A DNA stretch of 64,000 bases from an uncultured delta proteobacterium. Its GTDB lineage: Bacteria > Desulfobacterota > Binatia > UBA9968. Where the stretch lies: positions 96,001 to 160,000 of the forward strand of contig CAVUVW010000011.1 of the NCBI GenBank assembly GCA_963745035.1. Reading direction: 5' to 3'. This document shows positions 63,793 to 64,000 of the stretch, piece by piece. How positions within the stretch are numbered: the first letter of the stretch is position 1; every line of letters starts with the position of its first letter. Position numbers and translations under genes: made by a program. The notes under the pieces are model-generated. The model was not told the origin of the DNA. It saw nothing but the letters and a program-made list of their open reading frames with translations, and ran no database searches.

Positions 63793-64000
63793 ATGATCGT
63801 TCCGCGCGCCGAAGTTGCCGACACCGCCGCCGTCGCGGCGCACTACGATGAGCTCGACGATCTTTACCGCAGCTTCTGGGGAACGAGCCTTCACCATGGA
63901 TATTGGATTACGGGAAAAGAATCGGCCGAAGAAGCAGCCGGCAATCTGACCCGACTCGTCGCGAATCAAGCGGGAATGAAACCCGGCGACCGGGTTTGCG
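63793..64000 (+). CDS. SAM methyltransferase, tocopherol/sterol-MT-like (partial)
   Basis: HYDELDDLYRSFWGTSLHHGYW. Confidence 0.8.
   Translation, partial: MIVPRAEVADTAAVAAHYDELDDLYRSFWGTSLHHGYWITGKESAEEAAGNLTRLVANQAGMKPGDRVC

Overview
High-GC bacterial DNA rich in orphan periplasmic solute-binding proteins and catabolic enzymes. By gene content it resembles uncultured soil Deltaproteobacteria such as Binatia (inference). Many genes carry single-base frameshifts, probably assembly errors. The main feature is a ~21 kb, visibly more AT-rich accessory region (32559-53423). It is punctuated by 15 same-orientation copies or half-copies of a ~68 bp palindromic element, (TAG)GATTGAACTGA-ATTCTCCA-TCAAnnCAATC-linker-TGA-AGCGTCGT-TCAGTTCAATC(CTA). 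The element reads as two tandem tyrosine-recombinase-type core sites with different 8-bp spacers (A = ATTCTCCA, B = AGCGTCGT). A XerC/D-like (non-IntI) recombinase gene sits inside one copy, between an A half and a B half. The other copies separate gene-sized, heterogeneous cargo: MgtC, VOC enzymes, methyltransferases, a HAD-GH65 fusion, TenA, a receiver domain, an ABC SBP and its fragments, true attC integron cassettes, and tRNA/att remnants. This is a candidate integron-like gene capture/shuffling system. Also present: a UGA-selenocysteine GrdB-like reductase with a GrdE-like partner, MsrP, three tandem MFS paralogues and REP-like intergenic repeats.
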